Shown here one piece after another: positions 1 to 8,446 of a DNA stretch of 64,000 nt; within the stretch, counting starts at the first letter, position 1; every line of letters starts with the position of its first letter. The notes beneath the pieces are model-generated. The model was given only the letters and a program-made list of their open reading frames with translations. It had not been told where the DNA came from and made no database searches. A program made the translations under genes and the position numbers. The stretch is from Thermoplasmata archaeon (GTDB taxonomy: Archaea; Thermoplasmatota; Thermoplasmata; Thermoplasmatales; GCA-001856825): contig JAGDXO010000034.1 in NCBI GenBank assembly GCA_023256615.1, forward strand, positions 3,310 through 67,309, read 5' to 3'.

Positions 1-662
1 GCTCCTATAATATATCAGTATCTAGCAATTCCTCCATAAATGTAACATTACCGATATATCCTGTCAGCCTAACTACTCTGGACAGCAGAAATTCTACAGT
101 TAGCTTCGTTCAGATTGAAGTATATAATTCTCTGATGAATGGCTATGAATCGAACATTTCTAGCGATTCCAATGGTGTCGCCTTAATTGCGCTTCCTGCC
201 GGAGAATATTATGTTAAAGCGTTCTATCTGGGAACAGAAATTTATGCAAGCACATTTAATGTAAGCGGTCCTCTGGAAATAAATCTCCATACAGATATTT
301 TCTATCTTACAATATTGGCTAAGGATAATCAGAATTCTACAATTTCCAGTGCCTTCATTGAAATTTATAAGAATGGAACGCTCATACAATCTGGAATTAC
401 AGGAAATAATGGAACGCTTGTGGTCAGACTTCCAAAGGGCGCATACGAAATTAAGGCCTATTTCATTGGCAATTATTTATTAACTCCTGAAAAACAAAGC
501 GAGATATTCAACATAACAGTTAACAGTTCTGCTCAGTTTGATCTAACCTTTTCAAAGATAAACATACCTTTCTACCAGACATATCTGTTCTACATTTCAT
601 TGCTATTCCTGCTATTAATAATTATCTTCATATACATCTTTAAAAGGAAAACGAGGAAATAA
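1..662 (+). CDS. C-terminal part of a large secreted, membrane-anchored surface protein with CarboxypepD_reg-like beta-sandwich repeats; the 5' end lies outside the window
   Basis: The frame is open from base 3 up to the ORF-track Met at 135, with no stop. Two ~85-aa repeats share LP(A/K)G.Y.(V/I)KA(F/Y).(L/I)G. There are many N-x-S/T sequons. The C-terminus is a hydrophobic helix followed by KRKTRK. Confidence 0.6.
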   Translation, partial: SYNISVSSNSSINVTLPIYPVSLTTLDSRNSTVSFVQIEVYNSLMNGYESNISSDSNGVALIALPAGEYYVKAFYLGTEIYASTFNVSGPLEINLHTDIFYLTILAKDNQNSTISSAFIEIYKNGTLIQSGITGNNGTLVVRLPKGAYEIKAYFIGNYLLTPEKQSEIFNITVNSSAQFDLTFSKINIPFYQTYLFYISLLFLLLIIIFIYIFKRKTRK

Positions 663-870
663 TTTAATTTTTTTATAACCTTTGTGAATTTCTTCATTAT
701 CTATTTCCTTAGTGTTTTTATTAAAGAAAACAATTCTCCTTTTCATACTTAGAAATAGTCGTCAAATTATTCCTTCTTATTTGATAAATTATATTTATTT
801 TCTTTCTGATTCACAGGAAAACTTAAGTTAGCTTATCATCGTCGCTTATTTTTGTAAAAAATCTGTTGAT

Positions 871-876
871 AAAAAA
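871..876 (-). terminator. oligo-T tract directly 3' of tRNA-Val
   Basis: A6 on the + strand gives T6 on the - strand, immediately after the tRNA discriminator. This is the typical archaeal termination signal. Confidence 0.4.
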
Positions 877-949
877 TGGGCTCGGCCGGATTTGAACCGG
901 CGGCCTTCGCTGTGTGAGAGCGATGTCATAACCACTAGACCACGAGCCC
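877..949 (-). tRNA. tRNA-Val (anticodon CAC)
   Basis: The reverse complement folds as a cloverleaf: acceptor GGGCTCG/CGAGCCC, anticodon stem TCGCT/AGCGA, loop CTCACAC, T-arm GCCGG-TTCAAAT-CCGGC, discriminator A. CCA is not encoded. Confidence 0.9.
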
Positions 950-991
950 TTTTTTCTTTAATACCTTGTATATTATGATTTTTTCCATCTG

Positions 992-2113
992 CTATGATTT
1001 GCATTTTTCTCTGAAATCTTCCATTATGTTTTTGTAGAATATGTAGGCATCGTATGGAGACCCGTAAGGATTGAAATAGGTATGAACTTCCTGATCCTGC
1101 ACTCCTGCCATTGACATGTAATAAAAATGATCTGATGTCTGAAGGTATCTCCATGTCCTCTTATCTTTACATTTAGAAAGTGATTTCATATCCTCAAATG
1201 CATCCCTCTGCATATCGTTTAAGAGCCATGCACTGAGATCTCTCGGATAATCTGCCCATGATATATAATCTTGTATAGATATTTCACTAACAGGCGAGTG
1301 CTTCGTGGCTTCAGAAACTGTGGTAAATTCTACATCTCTCTTCCTTGCCTCCTCTGGCAGTGCCTTAAGAAATTCAAAAATTCCAGACTCCTTCCACTGA
1401 TGCTCCCCAAAAGTTTCGTAATCCATGAAAAGGTTAATTACATCGCCAGGAGATTCCGAGAGCCAACGAGCATATTTGTCTGCATAAAGAGGATATTCAT
1501 TCCACGAAGGATTTGAAAATCGGAATGATATGTCATCACTCAGCCTGTAATTTCTGAGGAAAAGATTCTGGGATGCAGGGTTTCTGTATACATAGTTAGG
1601 ATTGAATTTGCTTATTATCCTGTCAGGTCCCTCTGTGAGGATATTTTTGAATCCCTCCTTTGCTGACATGAATCCGATATTGTCATTGTATATCATCTCG
1701 GTGTTTCTGAATGTCTTTGGTTTGATGTTGAAAACATCTTTCTTCAATCTTACATCTTCATTCACCTGGAATGAAAATTCCTCGGGTGACCAGATTGAAC
1801 ATAGACTGTGGTAATAAGTTTCAGCAGCCAGCTCCCCTCCCTTCCTGAAATATTCTTTGAGAATGTCCACCACATCTTCCCTCATTCTCACAAGATTTTC
1901 TAGCAGAACACCAGACACAGATAGAGTTGCCTTTATATTCCCATCTATTAAGGACTGAGTTGCAGGAATGTAACATCTGTCAGATACCCTATTAATTATT
2001 TCATTGTTCTTTTCATCCCAGAAATATCCCTTCCCTTTCCCTATATCAAGACTCCTGTATTCCCTCAATCTCCTTGGTTGATGTAATTCGAAGAAAAATA
2101 CAACACTCTTCAT
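992..2113 (-). CDS. glycoside hydrolase family 57 protein (alpha-amylase-like, short form)
   Basis: N-terminal FFFELHQPRR (GH57 region-I HQP motif) and an overall GH57-like sequence. The start codon overlaps the upstream gene's stop (ATGA at 2110-2113). Confidence 0.75.
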   Translation of the reverse strand: MKSVVFFFELHQPRRLREYRSLDIGKGKGYFWDEKNNEIINRVSDRCYIPATQSLIDGNIKATLSVSGVLLENLVRMREDVVDILKEYFRKGGELAAETYYHSLCSIWSPEEFSFQVNEDVRLKKDVFNIKPKTFRNTEMIYNDNIGFMSAKEGFKNILTEGPDRIISKFNPNYVYRNPASQNLFLRNYRLSDDISFRFSNPSWNEYPLYADKYARWLSESPGDVINLFMDYETFGEHQWKESGIFEFLKALPEEARKRDVEFTTVSEATKHSPVSEISIQDYISWADYPRDLSAWLLNDMQRDAFEDMKSLSKCKDKRTWRYLQTSDHFYYMSMAGVQDQEVHTYFNPYGSPYDAYIFYKNIMEDFREKCKS

Positions 2114-3213
2114 ATTGAATTATACACCCCCATCGTCTTAATAGCGGCCTTATCCCAGGTAAAATTCATCGCTTCTATCCTACCTCTTTTTCCCATCATT
2201 TCCCTTAGAGGCCTGAAATTCAAAATGGCAAGTATGTAGTCTGCCATCTTATCTGTATCCCAGAAGTCGCATCTTAGAACATTTGAAAGCGCTTCACCAA
2301 CACCCGTTGTTTTGCTTATGACTGTTGGAGTACCGGTTGACATTGATTCAAGCACTGTCATACCAAATGGTTCTGAAACAGCTGGAAGAACAAACACATC
2401 TGAATCCCTGTATATTTTTAGGGAATAACTTTCACTAACAAAGCCAGTAAATTCAAAATTATTCTCCATACCAAATGTCCTGACAGAATTCTTCATTTCA
2501 TCAAGTTGATCTCCTGTTCCTGCAACCACAAAAATAACATCCTTTCGTCGGGTAAGGACTTTTCGAGCAGCTTCAACAAAAAATTTCGGTCCTTTCTGAG
2601 GAGTAACTCTTCCAAAATATAAAACCCTCTTTGTATTGTCATAATTTTTTTCCATATTTGAATATATACTGGAACTTACGCCATTGTAGATGACTTCTAT
2701 TTTTGAATTATCTGTTCCGTATACTTCATGAATTATTTTCTTTGTATAATTTGAAACTGCAATTACTCTGTCGGCCTCCCTAATGCCCTCCTCTTCTATA
2801 TCCATAATTCTGCGTTGTGGGTTGAAATTACCTGATCTGTCATACTCCGTGCTGTGAACTGTTACCACAAGAGGCCTACCTGTCATTTTCTTCAGTTTCA
2901 CTCCTGCCCTGAAGGTTATCCAGTCATGAGCGTGAATTATTGAGATGTCATTCTTAAATTGAGTCGTAATAAGATCATTGTATTTTACTACAGATTCATA
3001 AAAATCATTGCTCTTGCCATAGTTACTATCCCCGGGGGAAATATTTATTCTTGTCACTTGAAAAGGATATTTTGATAGGAGACCTGGCGCATCAGGCACA
3101 TATAGATTCACTTCCATGATTTTTGATATTATTGTAAATAGATTTATAGTGTGTATTCCAAGTCCTCCAGCAAAAGCAGGTGGAAGTTCCCAACCGAGTA
3201 CAGCTATTTTCAT
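2110..3213 (-). CDS. glgA: glycogen synthase-type GT-B glycosyltransferase
   Basis: MKIAVLGWELPP..GGLGIHT at the N-terminus and an E-x7-E region (EPFGMTVLESMSTGTP). I chose the ATG at 3213, which lies 2 nt after the upstream stop. The ORF-track start at 3279 would overlap the GDE gene. Confidence 0.8.
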   Translation of the reverse strand: MKIAVLGWELPPAFAGGLGIHTINLFTIISKIMEVNLYVPDAPGLLSKYPFQVTRINISPGDSNYGKSNDFYESVVKYNDLITTQFKNDISIIHAHDWITFRAGVKLKKMTGRPLVVTVHSTEYDRSGNFNPQRRIMDIEEEGIREADRVIAVSNYTKKIIHEVYGTDNSKIEVIYNGVSSSIYSNMEKNYDNTKRVLYFGRVTPQKGPKFFVEAARKVLTRRKDVIFVVAGTGDQLDEMKNSVRTFGMENNFEFTGFVSESYSLKIYRDSDVFVLPAVSEPFGMTVLESMSTGTPTVISKTTGVGEALSNVLRCDFWDTDKMADYILAILNFRPLREMMGKRGRIEAMNFTWDKAAIKTMGVYNSI

Positions 3214-3215
3214 CC

Positions 3216-4991
3216 TTACCTTAAGTCCTCTATGTATGCCCTGATTAACTCGGCATAACTCCAGGCCTGAATTATGCATCCTTTTGGATCATCTGGAATG
3301 AATCCATCAAATATTTCTGGAATGTAATTTCTGCTCATCAAATCCTTAAAATAATTTCTTAGATAATCTTTCCTGATTCCTGACCTTACTGCTGATGTTA
3401 TGTAAGGGCCTATGAGCCATGGCCAAATAGTACCATTATGATAGGCTCTGTCCCTCGAGCACTGGTCTCCCTCATAAACTGAGACGAAATTTCTGTCAGA
3501 TGGGGATAATGTTCTTATTCCATAAGGGGTGACCAGTTCCTTTAACCCTTCCAGGAAGGGTCTGATATTGCTCATTACCGGATATGGAAGTGAAAAGGCG
3601 AATAGCATATTGGGTCTTACTGAAGGATCATCTGGATCTGCTACATCCTTTATCCTGTTACCCTCTACAAATTTCTCCATAAATTTGGTTCTCACTTTTG
3701 CGATTACATCATCATAGCTTTCTGGAGGCTTGATATTGAGTTTGAAATAGAATTCTTTCATGGATGAAAGTGCATTGAACCACAATGCATTTATTTCCAC
3801 TGGCTTGCCATTCCTCGGTGTGATAAAAGTGCCATCGCACCTTGCATCCATCCATGTTGTTCCTGGGGGAACTGAGATGAGTGCATCTTCCATCTTTATG
3901 CCATCAAAGCCATCTATGTAATTATTCATTATGGTATCAACATAGTTTATGCTCGATCTTATGAATGGAAGATCATTGCTGTAATCCATATATTTCTTGA
4001 GTGCGTATACAAATAGAAGAGGGGAGTCTGCAGGATATATATCCCCTCCTTCATAATTTTTAATCTTTCCATCAGGATATATTTTCATGAATCTTGATAA
4101 TACCTTCTTTGCATCATCAAATCTTCCTCTTACAAGCAGGAGACCTGGTATTGATATGAGGGCATCCCTGCTCCATGCGCCAAACCAATGATAACCTGCG
4201 ATTATATTTTCACCTGTTATGAAGAAGTTTGATATGCCCTGCATCCTCTCTGGAATTTCGGAATCTTTGAATGTTGGGGATGTGAATTTTATGAAGGCAT
4301 TTTTACTCTTCTGGAATTCCGCTTTCTCCCCCTCCTGGTAGAATTTGAAAATAATTTCCCTTTCACCTTTGAATATGAAGCTTCCGGGTGAAAATAGATC
4401 TTCTCTGTACCCATATCCCCTTTCCTTTTCTTCGCCATAGGTAAAATTTCTGTATATGACGCCGTTCTCAACAAAATAATTTGCATTATTAACTGAGAGC
4501 TTCATTCCACCTCTCTGAAAAGATAACGACTCATTGTTCCTGGAGACACTTATTCCATTCGCATCTGTATTCATTGAACCAGCCTTCCTGAATGCCAGTA
4601 GCGGATTGACTGAAAACTGATCAGGGATTCTTTCCGGGAATGCATATTTAATATAGAGTACATTGTGATTGGGGTCCCATAATATCTCTTTTTCAATGAT
4701 AATTTCCCCCATCCTGTATTTAAATAATGGTACCGGGTAATCTTCATATTCAAAAATATATCTGTAGCCTTCTGGATGAACCACGTCGTCGAAATAATTG
4801 GTGTCAATATTGTATTCCCTCCTATCCAACGTTATACTTTCCCACATCTTTGATAGCAGAACATTTCTAGTCTGATCTCCCTCAAATGTTACGTAGAGAC
4901 CATGATATGATCTGGTATGAGCCTGAGAAACAGTTGAACTTGAAAAATACCCATTCCTGTTCACCACTATCCATTCTTTCAACAATTTCAT
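3216..4991 (-). CDS. glycogen debranching enzyme (amylo-alpha-1,6-glucosidase, GDE_N+GDE_C type)
   Basis: N-terminal VNRNGYFSSSTV...SYHGLYV and the central HWFGAWSRDALISIPGL motif are typical of archaeal/bacterial GDE. It is the first gene of a tightly packed three-gene operon. Confidence 0.8.
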   Translation of the reverse strand: MKLLKEWIVVNRNGYFSSSTVSQAHTRSYHGLYVTFEGDQTRNVLLSKMWESITLDRREYNIDTNYFDDVVHPEGYRYIFEYEDYPVPLFKYRMGEIIIEKEILWDPNHNVLYIKYAFPERIPDQFSVNPLLAFRKAGSMNTDANGISVSRNNESLSFQRGGMKLSVNNANYFVENGVIYRNFTYGEEKERGYGYREDLFSPGSFIFKGEREIIFKFYQEGEKAEFQKSKNAFIKFTSPTFKDSEIPERMQGISNFFITGENIIAGYHWFGAWSRDALISIPGLLLVRGRFDDAKKVLSRFMKIYPDGKIKNYEGGDIYPADSPLLFVYALKKYMDYSNDLPFIRSSINYVDTIMNNYIDGFDGIKMEDALISVPPGTTWMDARCDGTFITPRNGKPVEINALWFNALSSMKEFYFKLNIKPPESYDDVIAKVRTKFMEKFVEGNRIKDVADPDDPSVRPNMLFAFSLPYPVMSNIRPFLEGLKELVTPYGIRTLSPSDRNFVSVYEGDQCSRDRAYHNGTIWPWLIGPYITSAVRSGIRKDYLRNYFKDLMSRNYIPEIFDGFIPDDPKGCIIQAWSYAELIRAYIEDLR

Positions 4992-5074
4992 ATTTGGAGA
5001 TACTCTTTTGATTTACTAATTTTTGCAACATATTATAATTTTTGACTGATTCCTGTGATAAGTTAATAATCAGC

Positions 5075-6985
5075 ATGTCATTATCCTTTATGGTAAGATT
5101 TCTTCCGTTGGGAAACGGGAGGCTACTGGTTACGTTTGATTCAGACATGAATTTGATGGATTTCTACTATTCAAAAACACAGTCTGAAAATCACGGCGGA
5201 CATCCTTTCAAGAATGGTGTTATGGTGAATGGAAAATTCATCTGGGTAGACAGGAAGATAATAAAGGATGCTGATTATCTGGATCATACTGCTGTGGGAC
5301 GGATATATTTTGATTTTGAAAATGTTGAATTCACAAGTTATAACTCCGTCTATCCTTATGAGGATGTTTTCCTCAGGCGCATTTCAATGAAGAATAACAA
5401 CGCATTTCCTGTAACCGTCAGTTTATTCTTTCACCAGAACTTCAATATATACGGTAACAACATAGGGGATACAGCCTATTATGAGCCATCAGGACCTGCA
5501 ATTGTACATTACAAGGAAAGAAGATATTTCCTCGCTTCCACCAGAGATCAGGATAATTCATCCTTTTCTTCCTATGCCATTGGGGTCAAGGATTTCGGCG
5601 GTATGGAAGGTACCTGGAAGGATGCAGAGGATGGAATCCTTTCAATGAACAATATATCGATTGGTTCTGTTGATTCTGTTATTTCCCATAAAATTAATAT
5701 TGAACCCGGAAGGACGGAGGAACTATACTATTTCATTAAATGTTCAAGGGATCTAGAAACTCTTATGAAAGATGTTCCTGATTACAATTCTTTAAAGTAT
5801 ATGGAGTACAGGACAGGAAATTTCTGGAAATTGTGGTCATCAAAGAAAAATTTCGGACTCGAGAATAATATAAGCTCACTTTTCAAAAGGTCTTTATTCA
5901 TAATAAGGAGCCACATGAATGGGATTGGAGGGATAGTAGCTTCGAGCGATAGCGACATACTCAAATCAAACAGAGATGGTTATTATTATGTCTGGCCAAG
6001 AGATTCATCAATTGCTGCTTATGCCCTAATGAATTCAACGCATTACGGTCCAGCGAGACTTTTCTTTGATTTCTCTGTCGATACCATTCTGCCTGGCGGT
6101 TATTTCGCTCATAAATACAATTTGAATGGAACAGTAGCTAGCAGCTGGATTCCAAGGATTATGGACGGTAAACCTATAATACCAATACAGGAAGATGAAA
6201 CTTCACTGGTTCTGTGGTCGCTTTGGAATTATCACAGGAGGGTAAATGATCTTGAATTCATTTCTGATATTTATGAGAATCTCATAAGAAAGGCGGCTGA
6301 TTTTATTACAGATTTCAGGGATGAGGATGGGCTACCAAAACCATCCTATGATCTCTGGGAAGAGAGGTATGGTGTGCATTCATTCACTATCGCCACCACT
6401 TACGCCGCGCTTGTTTCAGCTGCTAAATTTTCAGACATCCTGGGTGAAGATTCCCTGAACAGGAAATATGCAGATGCCGCTCTGAAAATGAAGGAGGCAT
6501 TCATCAGGAAATTTTATTCCCAGGAAAACGGCAGGTTCGCAAGATCACTGATCAATGGAAAGCTGGATTTTACTATTGATTCGGCTCTTTTCTCTATATG
6601 GAGATTCGGACTGCTGCAACCTGATGATCCCATGATGGTTTCAACAGCCAATAGAATATTCAATAAATTGTGGGTTCCAAAGGTTGGAGGGCTTGCTAGA
6701 TATGAAAACGATTATTACCAGAGAATTAAGGAAGATAAGAGTATTCCTGGAAATCCATGGATAATTACAACACTTTGGGGGGCGGATTATTATTCTTCAC
6801 TTGGAAAAATGGATGAAAGCAAAAATCTGATAAACTGGGTAGTGGATCATGCGCAGCCATCTGGTGTATTTTCAGAACAGATAAACCCCTACGATGGAAG
6901 GCCTATTTCCGTATCTCCCCTTGTGTGGAGCCATGCTGAATTCGTTATAACTGTGCTTAACCATTTCAATGGCAGAAAAAATTAA
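5075..6985 (+). CDS. GH15 family glycoside hydrolase (glucoamylase/trehalase-like)
   Basis: LPLGNGRLLV at the N-terminus, YVWPRDSS, and DLWEERYGVHSFT (GH15 catalytic region). The ORF-track start at 5042 is TTG; the first ATG is at 5075. Confidence 0.85.
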   Translation: MSLSFMVRFLPLGNGRLLVTFDSDMNLMDFYYSKTQSENHGGHPFKNGVMVNGKFIWVDRKIIKDADYLDHTAVGRIYFDFENVEFTSYNSVYPYEDVFLRRISMKNNNAFPVTVSLFFHQNFNIYGNNIGDTAYYEPSGPAIVHYKERRYFLASTRDQDNSSFSSYAIGVKDFGGMEGTWKDAEDGILSMNNISIGSVDSVISHKINIEPGRTEELYYFIKCSRDLETLMKDVPDYNSLKYMEYRTGNFWKLWSSKKNFGLENNISSLFKRSLFIIRSHMNGIGGIVASSDSDILKSNRDGYYYVWPRDSSIAAYALMNSTHYGPARLFFDFSVDTILPGGYFAHKYNLNGTVASSWIPRIMDGKPIIPIQEDETSLVLWSLWNYHRRVNDLEFISDIYENLIRKAADFITDFRDEDGLPKPSYDLWEERYGVHSFTIATTYAALVSAAKFSDILGEDSLNRKYADAALKMKEAFIRKFYSQENGRFARSLINGKLDFTIDSALFSIWRFGLLQPDDPMMVSTANRIFNKLWVPKVGGLARYENDYYQRIKEDKSIPGNPWIITTLWGADYYSSLGKMDESKNLINWVVDHAQPSGVFSEQINPYDGRPISVSPLVWSHAEFVITVLNHFNGRKN

Positions 6986-7009
6986 TTTCTATCAGACATA
7001 ACGAAAATA

Positions 7010-8005
7010 ATGCAAAAATATTCAATCGGTAACTATGATTACTGTTTACCCAAAGAATTGATTAGGCAGGAACCTCCCTCATCCAGGGAGGATTCAAGAC
7101 TTATGCACATTGAAGGAAACAACATTTCTGACAGAAATTTTCCTGATATACTTAGCATCCTAGCAAAGGGCGATCTTCTCATACTTAATCGCACGAGAGT
7201 TAGAAAAGCTCTCATTTACGGAAAGAAAATGACCGGCGGAATATTGAAGATAACTGTACTGGAGAGAAATGATGAAGGATTCGTCTCCCTTATAGCAGGA
7301 AAAGTCAGGGATAATGATATAATAACAGTGGGGGACAGGAAAGTAAGGGTGAATGTAAGGGAAGATGGCAAGAGAATTCTTACAGGCGATATTGATTGGG
7401 ATTATTTGGAAAACGTAGGACACCTTCCACTTCCTCCATACATAAAAAATAGGCGGGATTTCAGTTATTATCAGAATGAGATTGGAGATGAGATTGGCTC
7501 CATAGCAGCCCCTACCGCAAGCTTGCATTTCAGCAATGATCTCCTCAATAAAATAAAAGCCAAGGGTGTTAGGGTTTCATTTGCTTTGCTCACGGTTGGT
7601 TATGGCACATTTAAAAGTATTGAGGACGGGGACATAAGGAGGCATGTTGTTGACGAAGAGGATATCCATGTGTCGGAAGACCTTGTAAATGATATTGAAA
7701 ATGCCAAGGGTAAAATAGTTGGTGTTGGAACAACTGTTGTCAGGTCACTTGAAACAGCTTCCTATTCAGGAGTCCTGAGACCATATAATGGAATGACAAG
7801 GATATACATATACCCGGGATTCAAATTCAACTCGGGCCTGACCCATTTAATCACAAATTTCCATATACCAAAATCTTCACTGTTGGCTCTTGTATATGCA
7901 TTCGGTGGAGAGGAAAGAATTAAAAGGGCTTACACGAGGGCAATAGAGAATAAATATTATTTCTTTAGTCTTGGAGATGCAATGATGATGGATAAGGAAA
8001 ATTAA
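7010..8005 (+). CDS. queA: S-adenosylmethionine:tRNA ribosyltransferase-isomerase (QueA) homologue
   Basis: Colinear with bacterial QueA: DY.LPKELI, LNRTRV, LPLPPYI, APTASLHF, VGTTVVRSLE, IYPGF.F, TNFHIPKSSLL, FFSLGDAMM. Confidence 0.9.
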   Translation: MQKYSIGNYDYCLPKELIRQEPPSSREDSRLMHIEGNNISDRNFPDILSILAKGDLLILNRTRVRKALIYGKKMTGGILKITVLERNDEGFVSLIAGKVRDNDIITVGDRKVRVNVREDGKRILTGDIDWDYLENVGHLPLPPYIKNRRDFSYYQNEIGDEIGSIAAPTASLHFSNDLLNKIKAKGVRVSFALLTVGYGTFKSIEDGDIRRHVVDEEDIHVSEDLVNDIENAKGKIVGVGTTVVRSLETASYSGVLRPYNGMTRIYIYPGFKFNSGLTHLITNFHIPKSSLLALVYAFGGEERIKRAYTRAIENKYYFFSLGDAMMMDKEN

Positions 8006-8367
8006 TTTTTATTATTTGATTTCTGATATATTTTATTGATTTCATCTGTCAGGCTCTTCAGTTTAGTATTAAGCTGCTCTATCTGTTCTTTAAGTGATTT
8101 TAATTTCATTTCTGCGAGCTCAACATCTTCTTCCACTTCTTTCTTGAAAGATTCTACATCCTTTACTTTAACAAGTATTGATCCTACTTCCCTGTATACC
8201 TCATCGTCCTGATTGCTCTTGTTTAGATAATCAAGCGTCTTCTTGTCTTCCCTCAGCTTTACCTCGTACTGGTACTGCTGTGCCATGAGGGATTCTATCT
8301 GCTTCTGTAGTTTCTCAGCATCTTTAAGCTGATTCTGGAAATATGGGCCTAAATTAAGATCTGCCAT
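8002..8367 (-). CDS. pfdB: prefoldin beta subunit
   Basis: A 121-aa coiled-coil/beta-hairpin/coiled-coil pattern (QLQ..Q.., EVYREVGSILVKV, LK.QIE.L). Size and layout match archaeal prefoldin beta. Confidence 0.8.
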   Translation of the reverse strand: MADLNLGPYFQNQLKDAEKLQKQIESLMAQQYQYEVKLREDKKTLDYLNKSNQDDEVYREVGSILVKVKDVESFKKEVEEDVELAEMKLKSLKEQIEQLNTKLKSLTDEINKIYQKSNNKN

Positions 8368-8446
8368 TATCTCCTAATTGATGTTTACCTAATAAATTAT
8401 ACGATTGATACAGATATTTATTTATCTTATCTTCTAATGCTATTTC

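Noticed and set aside
846-1154. A 102-aa minus-strand ORF spanning tRNA-Val and the 3' end of the GH57 gene
   Set aside because: It runs straight through a well-folded tRNA gene and overlaps GH57 in another frame. Its composition is that of a read-through artefact.
5042-5074. N-terminal extensions created by TTG/GTG starts in the ORF track, at 5042, 28058, 28155, 39391, 51268 and 52084. At 3279, 26622 and 50020 the extension comes from an upstream in-frame start that I did not read base by base
   Set aside because: In each case a downstream in-frame ATG matches where homologues begin, or avoids overlap with the neighbouring gene. Coordinates were trimmed accordingly, and the true starts remain unverified.
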